From the IMG/VR virus record IMGVR_UViG_3300044797_000094, positions 12,388 to 76,387 of that record: 64,000 nucleotides of DNA; one strand, 5' to 3'. The stretch comes from a virus. The notes under the pieces are model-generated. The model was not told the DNA's origin. It made no database searches and worked only from the letters and a program-made list of their open reading frames with translations. Below, piece after piece: positions 9,504 through 18,602 of the stretch. Positions within the stretch are counted from its first letter, which is position 1. Each line of letters starts with the position of its first letter. The position numbers and the translations under genes were made by a program.

Positions 9504-9972
9504 TTGCCAGATTCGTTGGATGATTCTTCGAGACATGCCAAATATTCTGGCGATTGAAAAACGTGCGTTCGACTTTCCGTGGGATGAAGCCGACTTCAAA
9601 ACAGCCCTCAAGCGGCGGTCATGTATCGGGATGGTCGCGGAGGAACACGAAGCGATCGTCGGTTATTTCGTTTACGATTTGTGTGATGGATTTATTCACG
9701 TGCTCAATCTGGCTGTCGATCCGACTCATGCTCGGCGTGGAATCGGAACAAAACTCATCACTCGGTTGATTGAAAAGATCTCGCAGCAACGGCGAACGCG
9801 GATTTGCATGGAAGTTCGAGAGAGCAATCTTGGCGCTCAGTTGTTCTTGAAAAATCAAGGATTCGTCGCTCAATGCATCGTGAAGAATCATTATTGCGAC
9901 ACAGGCGAAGAATCCTACAGATTTGAGTACGAGCTGCCAGAATGCGGGATTCCGACGTTTGTTAAACGGTAA
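9475..9972 (+). CDS. rimI: GNAT acetyltransferase, RimI-like
   Basis: NLAVDPTHARRGIGTKL, EVRESNLGAQLF..GF, NHY..GEESY. Confidence 0.85.
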   Translation: MRTKQAAETDCQIRWMILRDMPNILAIEKRAFDFPWDEADFKTALKRRSCIGMVAEEHEAIVGYFVYDLCDGFIHVLNLAVDPTHARRGIGTKLITRLIEKISQQRRTRICMEVRESNLGAQLFLKNQGFVAQCIVKNHYCDTGEESYRFEYELPECGIPTFVKR

Positions 9973-10026
9973 TTATTTGGTCCGAGATCGAGCGAAGCGG
10001 CGTGACTTGTGGGACGTCCCTGCATA

Positions 10027-10932
10027 ATGGCTGAGTTGCCAAATAGATCCGATCTCGAAGCCCGATTCGCGAAACGGTTCGGCAGAATCGCTAGACGGCA
10101 CATGCGTGAATTCCGCCAGCTTCTCGGCGACCCCCCGAACATTGACAACGTTCCTGAAGCCTTCTACGAAAAGATGCAGCGTGAAGTGGACGCGGAAACC
10201 TACGCGATTCTGCTGCTGATCTTCGACGATTCGGCGTTGCTTCACGGATGGAGCGGTCCTGATCAAGCAATGGCGTCATACGGCTGGGCGAAACAGAGAG
10301 CCGATGCGTTCTCTCAATCGTGGGCCGAGTCGACGCGAACGAAGTTGGAAAAAGGCTTTGAGAGACTGGAGGGACCAATTGCTCAACGCGAAGAAACCAC
10401 AGAAGAGGCTAGAGAGTCGAATCGCACGATCCCCGCCGAACGAAAACCAGTCACTCAAAAAGAGGTCGATGAACTAATCGATTCGACATGGTCCCCGAAA
10501 ACGATCGAAAGATGGGCGGTCGACGAGACGACGACGGCGCAACACGCCGGCGGTGAAGCTGGCATTGAAGCGACGGTCGGCCTGAACGAAAACGACATTT
10601 GGCGTTGCGATTGGCGGCATGACAACGTGTGCGAGGAATGCTCGCCGCTTGACGAAAAGCCACGTTCTGTTTGGTCGGCAAAGTTCCCAGACGGTCCGCC
10701 GTCTCCACATTTTTTTTGCCGATGCTGGATTCAATATGCCCCAATTGGTGCGAATAAAAGCGCGGCGAGGAAAAGTCTTGAATCAAAAGCATTCGTCGAT
10801 GCCTGGCACCGCACAATCCCCGAAGCCGCCGAATGGCGTGCATATTGCCGAGAGAACGGCGTTGATGTCGAGAATCAAGCGAAATTCAAAGCATTCAATG
10901 TCAGCGAACCTCGGGCTTCAGATGGCGAATAG
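10027..10932 (+). CDS. MuF/SPP1 gp7-like minor head protein
   Basis: W..DNVCEECSPLD...GPPSPHFFCRC motif, in a head-gene neighbourhood. Confidence 0.8.
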   Translation: MAELPNRSDLEARFAKRFGRIARRHMREFRQLLGDPPNIDNVPEAFYEKMQREVDAETYAILLLIFDDSALLHGWSGPDQAMASYGWAKQRADAFSQSWAESTRTKLEKGFERLEGPIAQREETTEEARESNRTIPAERKPVTQKEVDELIDSTWSPKTIERWAVDETTTAQHAGGEAGIEATVGLNENDIWRCDWRHDNVCEECSPLDEKPRSVWSAKFPDGPPSPHFFCRCWIQYAPIGANKSAARKSLESKAFVDAWHRTIPEAAEWRAYCRENGVDVENQAKFKAFNVSEPRASDGE

Positions 10933-10936
10933 ATCG

Positions 10937-10982
10937 AAATTGTTGACGATTTATTGACATTGAGCCTTCAATCTGCTAAGAT
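10937..10982 (+). promoter_or_regulatory. Operator-like box plus strong promoter, likely driving the sugar/Cas operon
   Basis: AAATTGTTGACGATTT (10937-10952); TTGACA-N17-TAAGAT with extended TG. Confidence 0.75.
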
Positions 10983-11027
10983 GAGGTCCGTCAATCACGA
11001 AGCCATTAACAAAATAAGGAAGCGACG

Positions 11028-11444
11028 ATGTCTAAAGAATTTGGGATCGCAAGAAACACTGCGTCTGCTCAAGCGTGGCTTGATCAATGCGATGCGGTGT
11101 CGATCGTCGAAGAACTGAACGATGAGTGGTTGGAATTTGCCTTCGATCCGTCAATCGAAGTATTCGCGGTTCCCGATCATCTCGTATGGTTTGATCAAGG
11201 GGCGGCTCCCGCCGAAGCGACTGAGATATTGAATGCTCGTCACAATACGAGCGATGACGAGGAATGGTTGAAAAGGCTTTTGTGTCGCATCGCGAGCGGT
11301 GACCAGGATATGGTCGCTGCGGAATTCCAAAAGATACCTTGTCTTGATAATGGATGGGACTGGGGAGACGTCTTGAATAAATTGCAAACTGGGGAAATCA
11401 CCAGGGAAGATATTGAGTATGCAATTCATGCGCCGCTTTGCTGA
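11028..11444 (+). CDS. Hypothetical protein
   Basis: TAAGGA RBS; 138 aa. Confidence 0.65.
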   Translation: MSKEFGIARNTASAQAWLDQCDAVSIVEELNDEWLEFAFDPSIEVFAVPDHLVWFDQGAAPAEATEILNARHNTSDDEEWLKRLLCRIASGDQDMVAAEFQKIPCLDNGWDWGDVLNKLQTGEITREDIEYAIHAPLC

Positions 11445-11453
11445 TCGGAGAAG

Positions 11454-11642
11454 GTGATGCTTCTTGGCCGCTTTTACAGATTTCAATGCGATACCTGCGG
11501 CAAAACCGTCGAATGCACGATCCTTCCAAAGAATTGGGTATGGATTAAAGGCGGACCGGAAGGCTTCAAGAAACACGCCTGCGAAGTCTGCAAATCTACA
11601 ATTCCGAAAGAGATTCGTCGTCCGTCAGGAATTCCGAACTGA
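11454..11642 (+). CDS. Small Zn-finger protein
   Basis: CDTC...LPKNW...HACEVC. Confidence 0.6.
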   Translation: MMLLGRFYRFQCDTCGKTVECTILPKNWVWIKGGPEGFKKHACEVCKSTIPKEIRRPSGIPN

Positions 11643-11645
11643 AAG

Positions 11646-12593
11646 ATGCGGCCAATGAAAATCCTCGTCACCGGCGGAGCTGGCTACCTCGGGTCCGTGC
11701 TCGTAACGGATCTGCTGTATTCCGGATACGACGTCACAGTCCTGGATTTGTTCAAAGGCGATTCAAGCCGATCTTTGGTTGAATTGTGCGGATCGAAGGA
11801 AGTGCGGTTCACGCCGATCAAGGGGGATGTCCGCAACTTGACTGACCTCAGCGTCGCAATGGCTCGATGCGACATCCTAATTCCATTGGCGGCTATTGTT
11901 GGCGCTCCAGCATGCGAGGATGATTGGGGCGCGACCAGCACAAACCTCAGCGCCATCGAACAAATGATTGGATTGCGATCGCAGAGCCAGGCAATCCTTT
12001 TTCCATGCACAAACAGCGGCTACGGAATCAGCAGGCATCATGAAATCTGCGACGAAGAATCGCCACTGGCACCGATCAGTAAATATGGCAGATTGAAGGT
12101 AGCGGCCGAGAGGATCGTCTTGAATGACGGAAACAGCGTGACATTCCGCTTCGCCACCCTGTTCGGTTGTTCCCCTCGAATGCGACTGGATTTGCTCGTC
12201 AATGACTTCGTTTATCGGGCCGTGAAAGACCGGTCGATCATCGTGTTTGAGGGACACGCCAAGCGAAACTACTTGCACGTGCGAGATGCCTCAAGAGCCT
12301 TTCTCCACGCAATCGAAAACTTCGAAGCGATGGAAGGCCGCCCGTACAATGTGGGCCTGTCAGACGCGAACCTGTCCAAGCTGGAGTTGTGCGAGCGAAT
12401 CAAGCGACATGTGCCGGAACTGTTTTACAGCGAATCGCCGATTGGAGAAGATCCAGACAAGCGGGACTACGTCGTGTCGAACAAGCGAATTGAAGCGACT
12501 GGCTTCAAACCGAAGTATTCGCTGGACGATGGGATCAGGGAATTGATCAAGGCGTATTTGATGCTGGATGCCGCGAGATACAGGAACGCTTGA
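11646..12593 (+). CDS. NAD-dependent NDP-sugar epimerase/dehydratase
   Basis: TGGAGYLGS, LAAIVGAPAC, YGRLK. Confidence 0.9.
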   Translation: MRPMKILVTGGAGYLGSVLVTDLLYSGYDVTVLDLFKGDSSRSLVELCGSKEVRFTPIKGDVRNLTDLSVAMARCDILIPLAAIVGAPACEDDWGATSTNLSAIEQMIGLRSQSQAILFPCTNSGYGISRHHEICDEESPLAPISKYGRLKVAAERIVLNDGNSVTFRFATLFGCSPRMRLDLLVNDFVYRAVKDRSIIVFEGHAKRNYLHVRDASRAFLHAIENFEAMEGRPYNVGLSDANLSKLELCERIKRHVPELFYSESPIGEDPDKRDYVVSNKRIEATGFKPKYSLDDGIRELIKAYLMLDAARYRNA

Positions 12594-12769
12594 TGGAACG
12601 CTTCAATGAGCGAGCGATCTGGGTTGCAGCGTGCGGCATTCTCATCGTCTGCAATCTCTTGCTTCGTGCCGATCTCGGAAACACTCAACATGATTTACGG
12701 ATGGCGATTGAGCGTGAGCGAACATTGAATCGAATGTTGGACGTCATGATAGACAAGGACAATCGGTGA
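12593..12769 (+). CDS. Small membrane-anchored protein (58 aa, below the ORF-track cut-off)
   Basis: Manual translation MERFNERAIWVAACGILIVCNLLL...; overlaps both neighbours. Confidence 0.5.
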   Translation: MERFNERAIWVAACGILIVCNLLLRADLGNTQHDLRMAIERERTLNRMLDVMIDKDNR

Positions 12770-13986
12770 GCCTTACAAACTGCCGCATATGCGATTCCAC
12801 AAAACTGGATTTAATCCTCGATCTCGGCATGCAACCCTGGGCAAATCACTTTCTCAAGAAAGAGGAGTGTGGCACAGAACCGAAATATCCGCTTCGATTG
12901 GTTCGTTGCGACGAATGTTCGCTCGCTCAATTGGATTTCACCGTGCCGAAAGAAACGATGTTCGTCGATCACACGTATCTGAGCGGCACGACGAAATCTC
13001 TCGGCACCCATTTCAAGAAAGTTGCGGATGATGTGGTTGATCGATTCTTCGGACCGTACCCGCGAAATCGATCTGTTCTTGACATTGGATCGAACGACGG
13101 GACACAGCTCAGGAATTACAAGGAGAAGGGATGGCGAGTCCTGGGATGCGAACCGTGCAATAGCGCGGCGAAGATGGCGAACGATTCAGGAATTCCCACA
13201 TTGATCAATTTTTTCAGGGCCGGTTTTTCGGAGGCATGTGGGACATTTGACGTCATCAATGCTTCTGGCGTCCTGTTCCATTTGGAGGATCTTCATTCTG
13301 TCATGGAGGAAATTCGCCGAGCATTGAAGCCGCAGGGGATCTTCGTCGCCCAATTCCTCTACATGCCCAGCATCGTCGAAAACTGCGCCTTCGATCAAAT
13401 CTATCACGAACACTTGCTTTACTACACGATGAAGACGTTTTGCGACCTGATTGAACGACACGGACTACACTGCTTCGATGCTTATTTTTCGCCGATCCAC
13501 GGAGGGTCAATCGTCGCGTTCTGTGAGCACAAAAGCATCGACAATCTGACATCGTATCGGCTCGATCAATTGCGGGGCGGAGAAGAAGAAATTGGAGCGA
13601 ACATGAAAGAGACGTACGAAGGGTTCGCCAGGTCAGTGTTTGCGAAGCGACTTGAACAGAGGAAGCAATTAAACGGCTGGCGGATGCTGGACAAAAAGGT
13701 GTTCGGATTAGGCGCTCCGGTTAAAGGCAACACATTGCTGAATTACTGCCGAGTCGGGCCTGAATTGATCGAGTGTCTCGTCGAACGCAATTCGCTCCGT
13801 CGCGGACTCTGTGCCCCCGGCTCGCATATTCCTGTCGTGATGGAGGACGAACTGACGGAAGATCCAGACGTCTATTATGTTCTGGCGTGGAATTACAAGG
13901 GTGAGATTCTGGAACGGTACGAGGATAAGATCGAAGCGGGCGTCGAGTTTTACTTTCCGATCAATCCGAAAGGTGTCGCATCGTGA
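12766..13986 (+). CDS. NDP-sugar C-methyltransferase-like SAM-dependent methyltransferase
   Basis: CRIC Zn motif, LDIGSNDG, DQIYHEH, IHGGS, GAPVKGNTLLNY, LAWNY. Confidence 0.9.
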   Translation: MSLTNCRICDSTKLDLILDLGMQPWANHFLKKEECGTEPKYPLRLVRCDECSLAQLDFTVPKETMFVDHTYLSGTTKSLGTHFKKVADDVVDRFFGPYPRNRSVLDIGSNDGTQLRNYKEKGWRVLGCEPCNSAAKMANDSGIPTLINFFRAGFSEACGTFDVINASGVLFHLEDLHSVMEEIRRALKPQGIFVAQFLYMPSIVENCAFDQIYHEHLLYYTMKTFCDLIERHGLHCFDAYFSPIHGGSIVAFCEHKSIDNLTSYRLDQLRGGEEEIGANMKETYEGFARSVFAKRLEQRKQLNGWRMLDKKVFGLGAPVKGNTLLNYCRVGPELIECLVERNSLRRGLCAPGSHIPVVMEDELTEDPDVYYVLAWNYKGEILERYEDKIEAGVEFYFPINPKGVAS

Positions 13987-14264
13987 GAACAGCATTCAAG
14001 AGACCGTGGCCGAGCGATGCGGTCATCATCGTTTGCGCGTCGCCGGAAGACGCGAATCGAAGCAACATGTCGTCGATCCAGTCCGGAAAGTGTCGAGACT
14101 GCGGCGATGACATCCTGGTCGATGGAAAATCGATCGACTCGGGGATGCGGATGAATGAGCGATGTGGAAGACCGGTCGAATTCCTGTGTGTGGATTGCGC
14201 CGTTGAATACGACATGCATACGATCGAGAAACTGGTTGACCATCGAAAGAAATCCGGAACATGA
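13983..14264 (+). CDS. Small Zn-binding protein
   Basis: CRDC...CVDC; coupled overlaps. Confidence 0.55.
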   Translation: MRTAFKRPWPSDAVIIVCASPEDANRSNMSSIQSGKCRDCGDDILVDGKSIDSGMRMNERCGRPVEFLCVDCAVEYDMHTIEKLVDHRKKSGT

Positions 14265-15190
14265 ACATCTTCGTCACCGGCGCAACGGGCTTCCTTGGTC
14301 GTCATCTTTGCAGGCGATTAAGCAAGGACGGTCATCGAGTCGCCGAAATCGACTCTCATCAATGCGACCTCACAAAACCGATCGAGCAACAAATCAGACT
14401 TGGCTTCGACGTCGATGTGATCTTCCATCTGGCCGCGTGGACGCAGGCCGGGGACTTTTGCTTGCATCATCCCGGAGAACAATGGCTGATCAACCAAAAG
14501 ATCAACACGAACGTCCTGGACTGGTGGCGTCAGGAAAATCCAGAGGCGAAACTGATCTCGATCGGCAGCAGTTGCGCCTACGATCCAGATGGCGACATGC
14601 GTGAGGAAAACTATCTTCGAGGAACGCCGCACCACGACCTTTTCGCCTACGCGACGGCCAAACGAATGCTCCATGTAGGGCAACTCGCGATGGAGATCCA
14701 ATACGGGATGAAATCCCTGACGCTCGCCCCGGCGACGCTCTACGGCGTCGCTTATCACACGGACGAACGTCAGCCGCATTTTATCTTCGATATCGTCCGA
14801 AAGATTCTTAGAGGAAAACAGAATGCGGAACCTGTCATCCTCTGGGGCTCGGGCTTCCAAAAGCGGGACGCGATTCATGTGGGCGACTTCGTGGAAATCG
14901 CCGTCCAATGTCTTGGGACCTCGCCGTGCGGAATTTTGAACATCGGCCCAGGTTCCGCTTTGACGATCCGCGAATACGCTCGCGTCGTCTGCGATCTTAT
15001 TGGCTTTGAATCTGAAATGATTCAGTACGATCACGACGCTTATTCAGGCCAAAAATCAAAAATTCTGGACGTCGGTCGGCTTCGAAGAACGTTCCCTGGA
15101 TTTCTTAATACGCCGCTGAACATTGGACTTCAGCAGGTGATTGATTGGTACAAGGCTAATCCGCAACTCCTCGCGCCGAAAGGTGAGTGA
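14261..15190 (+). CDS. GDP-fucose-synthase-like epimerase/reductase
   Basis: TGATGFLG, HLAA, GSSCAY, YATAK, LWGSG..RD. Confidence 0.9.
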   Translation: MNIFVTGATGFLGRHLCRRLSKDGHRVAEIDSHQCDLTKPIEQQIRLGFDVDVIFHLAAWTQAGDFCLHHPGEQWLINQKINTNVLDWWRQENPEAKLISIGSSCAYDPDGDMREENYLRGTPHHDLFAYATAKRMLHVGQLAMEIQYGMKSLTLAPATLYGVAYHTDERQPHFIFDIVRKILRGKQNAEPVILWGSGFQKRDAIHVGDFVEIAVQCLGTSPCGILNIGPGSALTIREYARVVCDLIGFESEMIQYDHDAYSGQKSKILDVGRLRRTFPGFLNTPLNIGLQQVIDWYKANPQLLAPKGE

Positions 15191-15840
15191 TGTCAATCAT
15201 TGGAGCGTCAAGCCTACTCGCGGTAAACGTCGGCGATGATCACTGCTTCTATTGCGGCGACAAGGCTAATCGATCATTGAAAGTCTCCGACACATTTGCC
15301 GATGGCTGGTGCGTCGCGTATCCGCAGTCGAAAATGATGTGCTGCGGCTGTGAGATGAGCCTTGACGAAAAGATCGCGATTGCAGGCAAGGAAAAGCCAC
15401 AAAAGTTCCGCAATTATTCGTGGCATATAAGCCGATCAAAGGCAACCCCCATGACTAAGGCCAACAAGCGGGAGATGACGGGGCTGTTACTTGAGCCGCC
15501 GAGTGAGCCTTGGGCGTTCGCGATTGCCGAGAGCGGCCAGAAGCATCTCGTTTATCGAACACCAGCGAATCTCGGTGACGGGCCGTTCGTCGTTCGTCTT
15601 GAAGATGAACTCGTTGTGTACTCGCCTCGATCGCTGCGTGACAGAATTGATTTGTGCAGAGCTGTCGTGGCTGTCGTCGGCCATAAGGGCGCCAACGATT
15701 TCTCGGTGACGTCCGTGATCGCTCTCGGTTTAGAATTGGCGCTGCAATGGGAAGCGGTCTATCGAGAGCCATTAACACGCCTGGCGTTATTCGTAACGCC
15801 TGGGAAATCCGAGTGTGAAGAAATTGAGGATGACTTATGA
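15187..15840 (+). CDS. csf1: Type IV CRISPR large subunit Csf1 (Cas8-like)
   Basis: CFYCG..CCGC Zn finger; LLEPP.EPWAFAIAESGQKHL motif; first gene of the Csf cluster. Confidence 0.8.
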   Translation: MMSIIGASSLLAVNVGDDHCFYCGDKANRSLKVSDTFADGWCVAYPQSKMMCCGCEMSLDEKIAIAGKEKPQKFRNYSWHISRSKATPMTKANKREMTGLLLEPPSEPWAFAIAESGQKHLVYRTPANLGDGPFVVRLEDELVVYSPRSLRDRIDLCRAVVAVVGHKGANDFSVTSVIALGLELALQWEAVYREPLTRLALFVTPGKSECEEIEDDL

Positions 15841-16319
15841 TCAAGATTCTGGACTGTGCGGAGTATCGACGGCAGCTTGCTGGCCTGGCTGACGTCTCGG
15901 GGGGCGAAGATTCATTCGCCGACGAATACCGGGAGATGACGAGCGAATGCGTGTTGCTACTGGCGATCTGTTTCAATCGACGACAGCTTGAGGCGGTCAC
16001 GATCTGGAGTCGTATCGACGCGGCGATACAGAAGGGCCTCGCTGATTGCGACGGCGAGGACGTCGATCGATTCCTGTCAACGTGTCTGGAGCACGTCCTC
16101 GCGAATATCAGCGTCGTCGCATCACAACCGGACGCGATCAGAATTCAGCAGTCGATCCTGAAGCTGAGCGGCGACGAACGAGTCTATTTCCTCCAGTACC
16201 TCGCGAAGCATAGATACGTCGCCATCGTGCTCGGTCGAGAAAAGTGGGAGATGCGGAAGGCGGAAATCGCGGCGCAATTAAAGTCGCTCGACACGACGGA
16301 AACGGCGGTGTCCGAATGA
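15837..16319 (+). CDS. cas11: Type IV-B small helical subunit (Cas11-like)
   Basis: 160-aa helical protein between csf1 and csf2; positional inference. Confidence 0.6.
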   Translation: MIKILDCAEYRRQLAGLADVSGGEDSFADEYREMTSECVLLLAICFNRRQLEAVTIWSRIDAAIQKGLADCDGEDVDRFLSTCLEHVLANISVVASQPDAIRIQQSILKLSGDERVYFLQYLAKHRYVAIVLGREKWEMRKAEIAAQLKSLDTTETAVSE

Positions 16320-17170
16320 AGGTGTTCTGCGCATCGACAAACATTAGTCCGGTCAGTCATCAACTCGGAACCGTTGGCAACGAATCGATCGTGAATGTCG
16401 AGGACGTCCGAACGCCGCTGGGTTCGAGAAAAGTTCCGGTCCTCAGCGGGAACGCGATTCGGCATCGGATGATCAGGGCTCCCGGCGCGGATTATCTCAT
16501 TGACGCCCTGGGCCTTCATGGAAAGCTGTCGCGGGACGTTCTTAATCTTCTTTATCACGGAGGAATCAAACGAGAAAAAGGGAAAAGCCCATCGCTGGCG
16601 AGAATCGCGGATATGCATCGGTTGTTTCCGCTGCTGCGATTACTCGGTGCTTGCCTGCCGGAAGCGATCGTCGCCGGTGAACTCACGGCGCATCGAGCCA
16701 TGCTGGCGTGCCGAGAGAATCAGTCGCGGATCAATGCCATCGCTCCGAAAGGCTGGGAATTTGAAGGACACCTCGCGCCTGCGACGTCGTTCATCGAGAG
16801 GTGGCAATACGTGCGAGGCGTGATGAAGCATTCACTCGCGCATTCGGCCACTGACACGACCGACAAGGATGAATCGACAATGATGCCCTTCGCGGGAACG
16901 TGCGTGATTCCCGGAGCGGTCTGGGTTCATGGGTTCTCGATGTCGATATGTTCGCAAATTGAGTTCGGTTGCCTTTTGCATTGTCTGCGGAAATGGGATG
17001 CGGACGGTGCGACGATCGGCGGACAATCATCGCGAGGGCATGGTATTCTGCAATTGTCGATTTGGACAGACGCCGAGTTTGATCACGATGAATCGATATC
17101 AGCATACGAAGAGCACGTCGATGACAATAAGGGCGATTGCGTGGAATTTCTTCGAGGTTGCTATTCATGA
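16316..17170 (+). CDS. csf2: Type IV Cas7 backbone Csf2
   Basis: SPVSH, VPVLSGNAIRHRMIR, FPLLRLLG, G-loop IGGQSSRGHG. Confidence 0.85.
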   Translation: MKVFCASTNISPVSHQLGTVGNESIVNVEDVRTPLGSRKVPVLSGNAIRHRMIRAPGADYLIDALGLHGKLSRDVLNLLYHGGIKREKGKSPSLARIADMHRLFPLLRLLGACLPEAIVAGELTAHRAMLACRENQSRINAIAPKGWEFEGHLAPATSFIERWQYVRGVMKHSLAHSATDTTDKDESTMMPFAGTCVIPGAVWVHGFSMSICSQIEFGCLLHCLRKWDADGATIGGQSSRGHGILQLSIWTDAEFDHDESISAYEEHVDDNKGDCVEFLRGCYS

Positions 17171-17892
17171 GCCTGATTAAGTCGCCAAAGCACACGGCTT
17201 CGGACTTGACTGTCTGGCGCGAATTGGAATACGCGGATCGAGTCCATGCCAGGCATGGAGCGCTGCGAAGAAAATGGGACAGGTGCTTAAGTCTCGCGAA
17301 AGAATTCGCCGATGGTGGACCTTGTCACTGCTCGACGAGCTGGGGAAAGGACTCCGTGGTGACGGCATTCGCGGTAATGACTGTCGCTCCGAAAACTCCG
17401 CTGTGCTGGATCAGGGTAGAACCCGTCAAGTCGCCAGAATGCGTTCTTGTGCGAGACGTTTTTCTGAGGAGATTCCCGAAATGCGATTACCACGAGACCG
17501 AGGTCGTCTGCGAGAAAGATGAGGATGGATGGCATGCGACGGGAACGCTCGAAAAAGGAATCAAGATTCTTGATGAGCGATTCGGCCCGCGAACGATCCT
17601 CGGTATTCGAGCCGAAGAATCGTCTCACCGTTTCCTGAGTATCGCATCAAGCGGTTGCAACACGAAGAATAAATCGAGGCCGTGCGGATCGCTGACAGAG
17701 AAAGACGTCTTCGGATTGCTGAGCATGCACGATCTGCCGATCCATCCCGCATATGCGATGACCGGCGGCGGAAGGTGGCCCCGAGAACACTTACGGGTCG
17801 CGTCGCTCGGCGGAAAGCGTGGGCAGGGCTTCGGGCGGCTGGAATGGGAGCGTGAATATTACGCAGACGAACTTCGGAGGATTGGAGAATGA
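17167..17892 (+). CDS. CysH/PAPS-reductase-like protein of the type IV-B system
   Basis: PP-loop SWGKDS, GIRAEES..R, LPIHPAY. Confidence 0.85.
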   Translation: MSLIKSPKHTASDLTVWRELEYADRVHARHGALRRKWDRCLSLAKEFADGGPCHCSTSWGKDSVVTAFAVMTVAPKTPLCWIRVEPVKSPECVLVRDVFLRRFPKCDYHETEVVCEKDEDGWHATGTLEKGIKILDERFGPRTILGIRAEESSHRFLSIASSGCNTKNKSRPCGSLTEKDVFGLLSMHDLPIHPAYAMTGGGRWPREHLRVASLGGKRGQGFGRLEWEREYYADELRRIGE

Positions 17893-18602
17893 AGACGCGA
17901 TTCGTCAAGGTGACGGCGCACCTGATATCGCCAGTCGCGTTGTCACCGGAAGGCGAAGCCCCGCATCTGGACGCGATTTGTGAACTTGTTCTCGCTCAGC
18001 ACACGAGATCGATCGCGGCATCCTCCAACGGAAATCGGCATCTTCTCGACGTCGCCAAGATTCGTGGACAGGAAGTGTCAGCTCAGGGGCAATTGCCGAT
18101 ACCGATCGTGCGTGAGAAGGTCGATGGCATCCCGGTTCCGCGATGTTCGTTCGGCATCATGGAAAAGACTCAAGAAACCGCCGAGCATTACCACTGCGCG
18201 TTCCCGATTGAACGGGCGATTGAGGTCAGCGAGAAGGAGCGGATTCAGATCAGGACGACGGGCGGCGTCTACAAATCGGTCAGGTTGCCGCTGCGATTGT
18301 CGACGACATCGCGGATTGTCTGGTTCGCCGAACTGCGAGAATCCCCATGCAAATTGCGAAAACTCGTCAATCAAATAGAAACGCTCGGAAAGAAATCGGT
18401 GTACGGTTATGGGCGAGTTTCGGAATGGACCGTGGAAGAAACCGATATCGACGCAAGTTGGTTTCATGGCGGCGTGTTGATGCGTGCTCTCCCGATTTCA
18501 GTCGTGTCCGACGACATTCAGGGGAAGCGACGATCATACGGAGCTGTCGCAGGCCCGTATTGGCAGCGATCATTTTTTGTCGATCGATACGTCCCGTATT
18601 AA
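17889..18602 (+). CDS. csf3: Type IV Cas5-like Csf3
   Basis: SPV..PHLDAI, G-loop LGKKSVYGYGRVSEW, MRALP, PYW. Confidence 0.85.
   Translation: MKTRFVKVTAHLISPVALSPEGEAPHLDAICELVLAQHTRSIAASSNGNRHLLDVAKIRGQEVSAQGQLPIPIVREKVDGIPVPRCSFGIMEKTQETAEHYHCAFPIERAIEVSEKERIQIRTTGGVYKSVRLPLRLSTTSRIVWFAELRESPCKLRKLVNQIETLGKKSVYGYGRVSEWTVEETDIDASWFHGGVLMRALPISVVSDDIQGKRRSYGAVAGPYWQRSFFVDRYVPY

Noticed and set aside
6095-10932. Stop-codon reassignment suggested by TGA in the HNH gene and TAG at the MuF Trp position
   Set aside because: TGA and TAG end many intact genes; the HNH gene also has a frameshift, and readthrough of MuF runs into promoter sequence.
17167-17892. CysH-like gene as a sulfur-assimilation auxiliary gene or DndC
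   Set aside because: Embedded between csf2 and csf3; no other cys or dnd genes are present.
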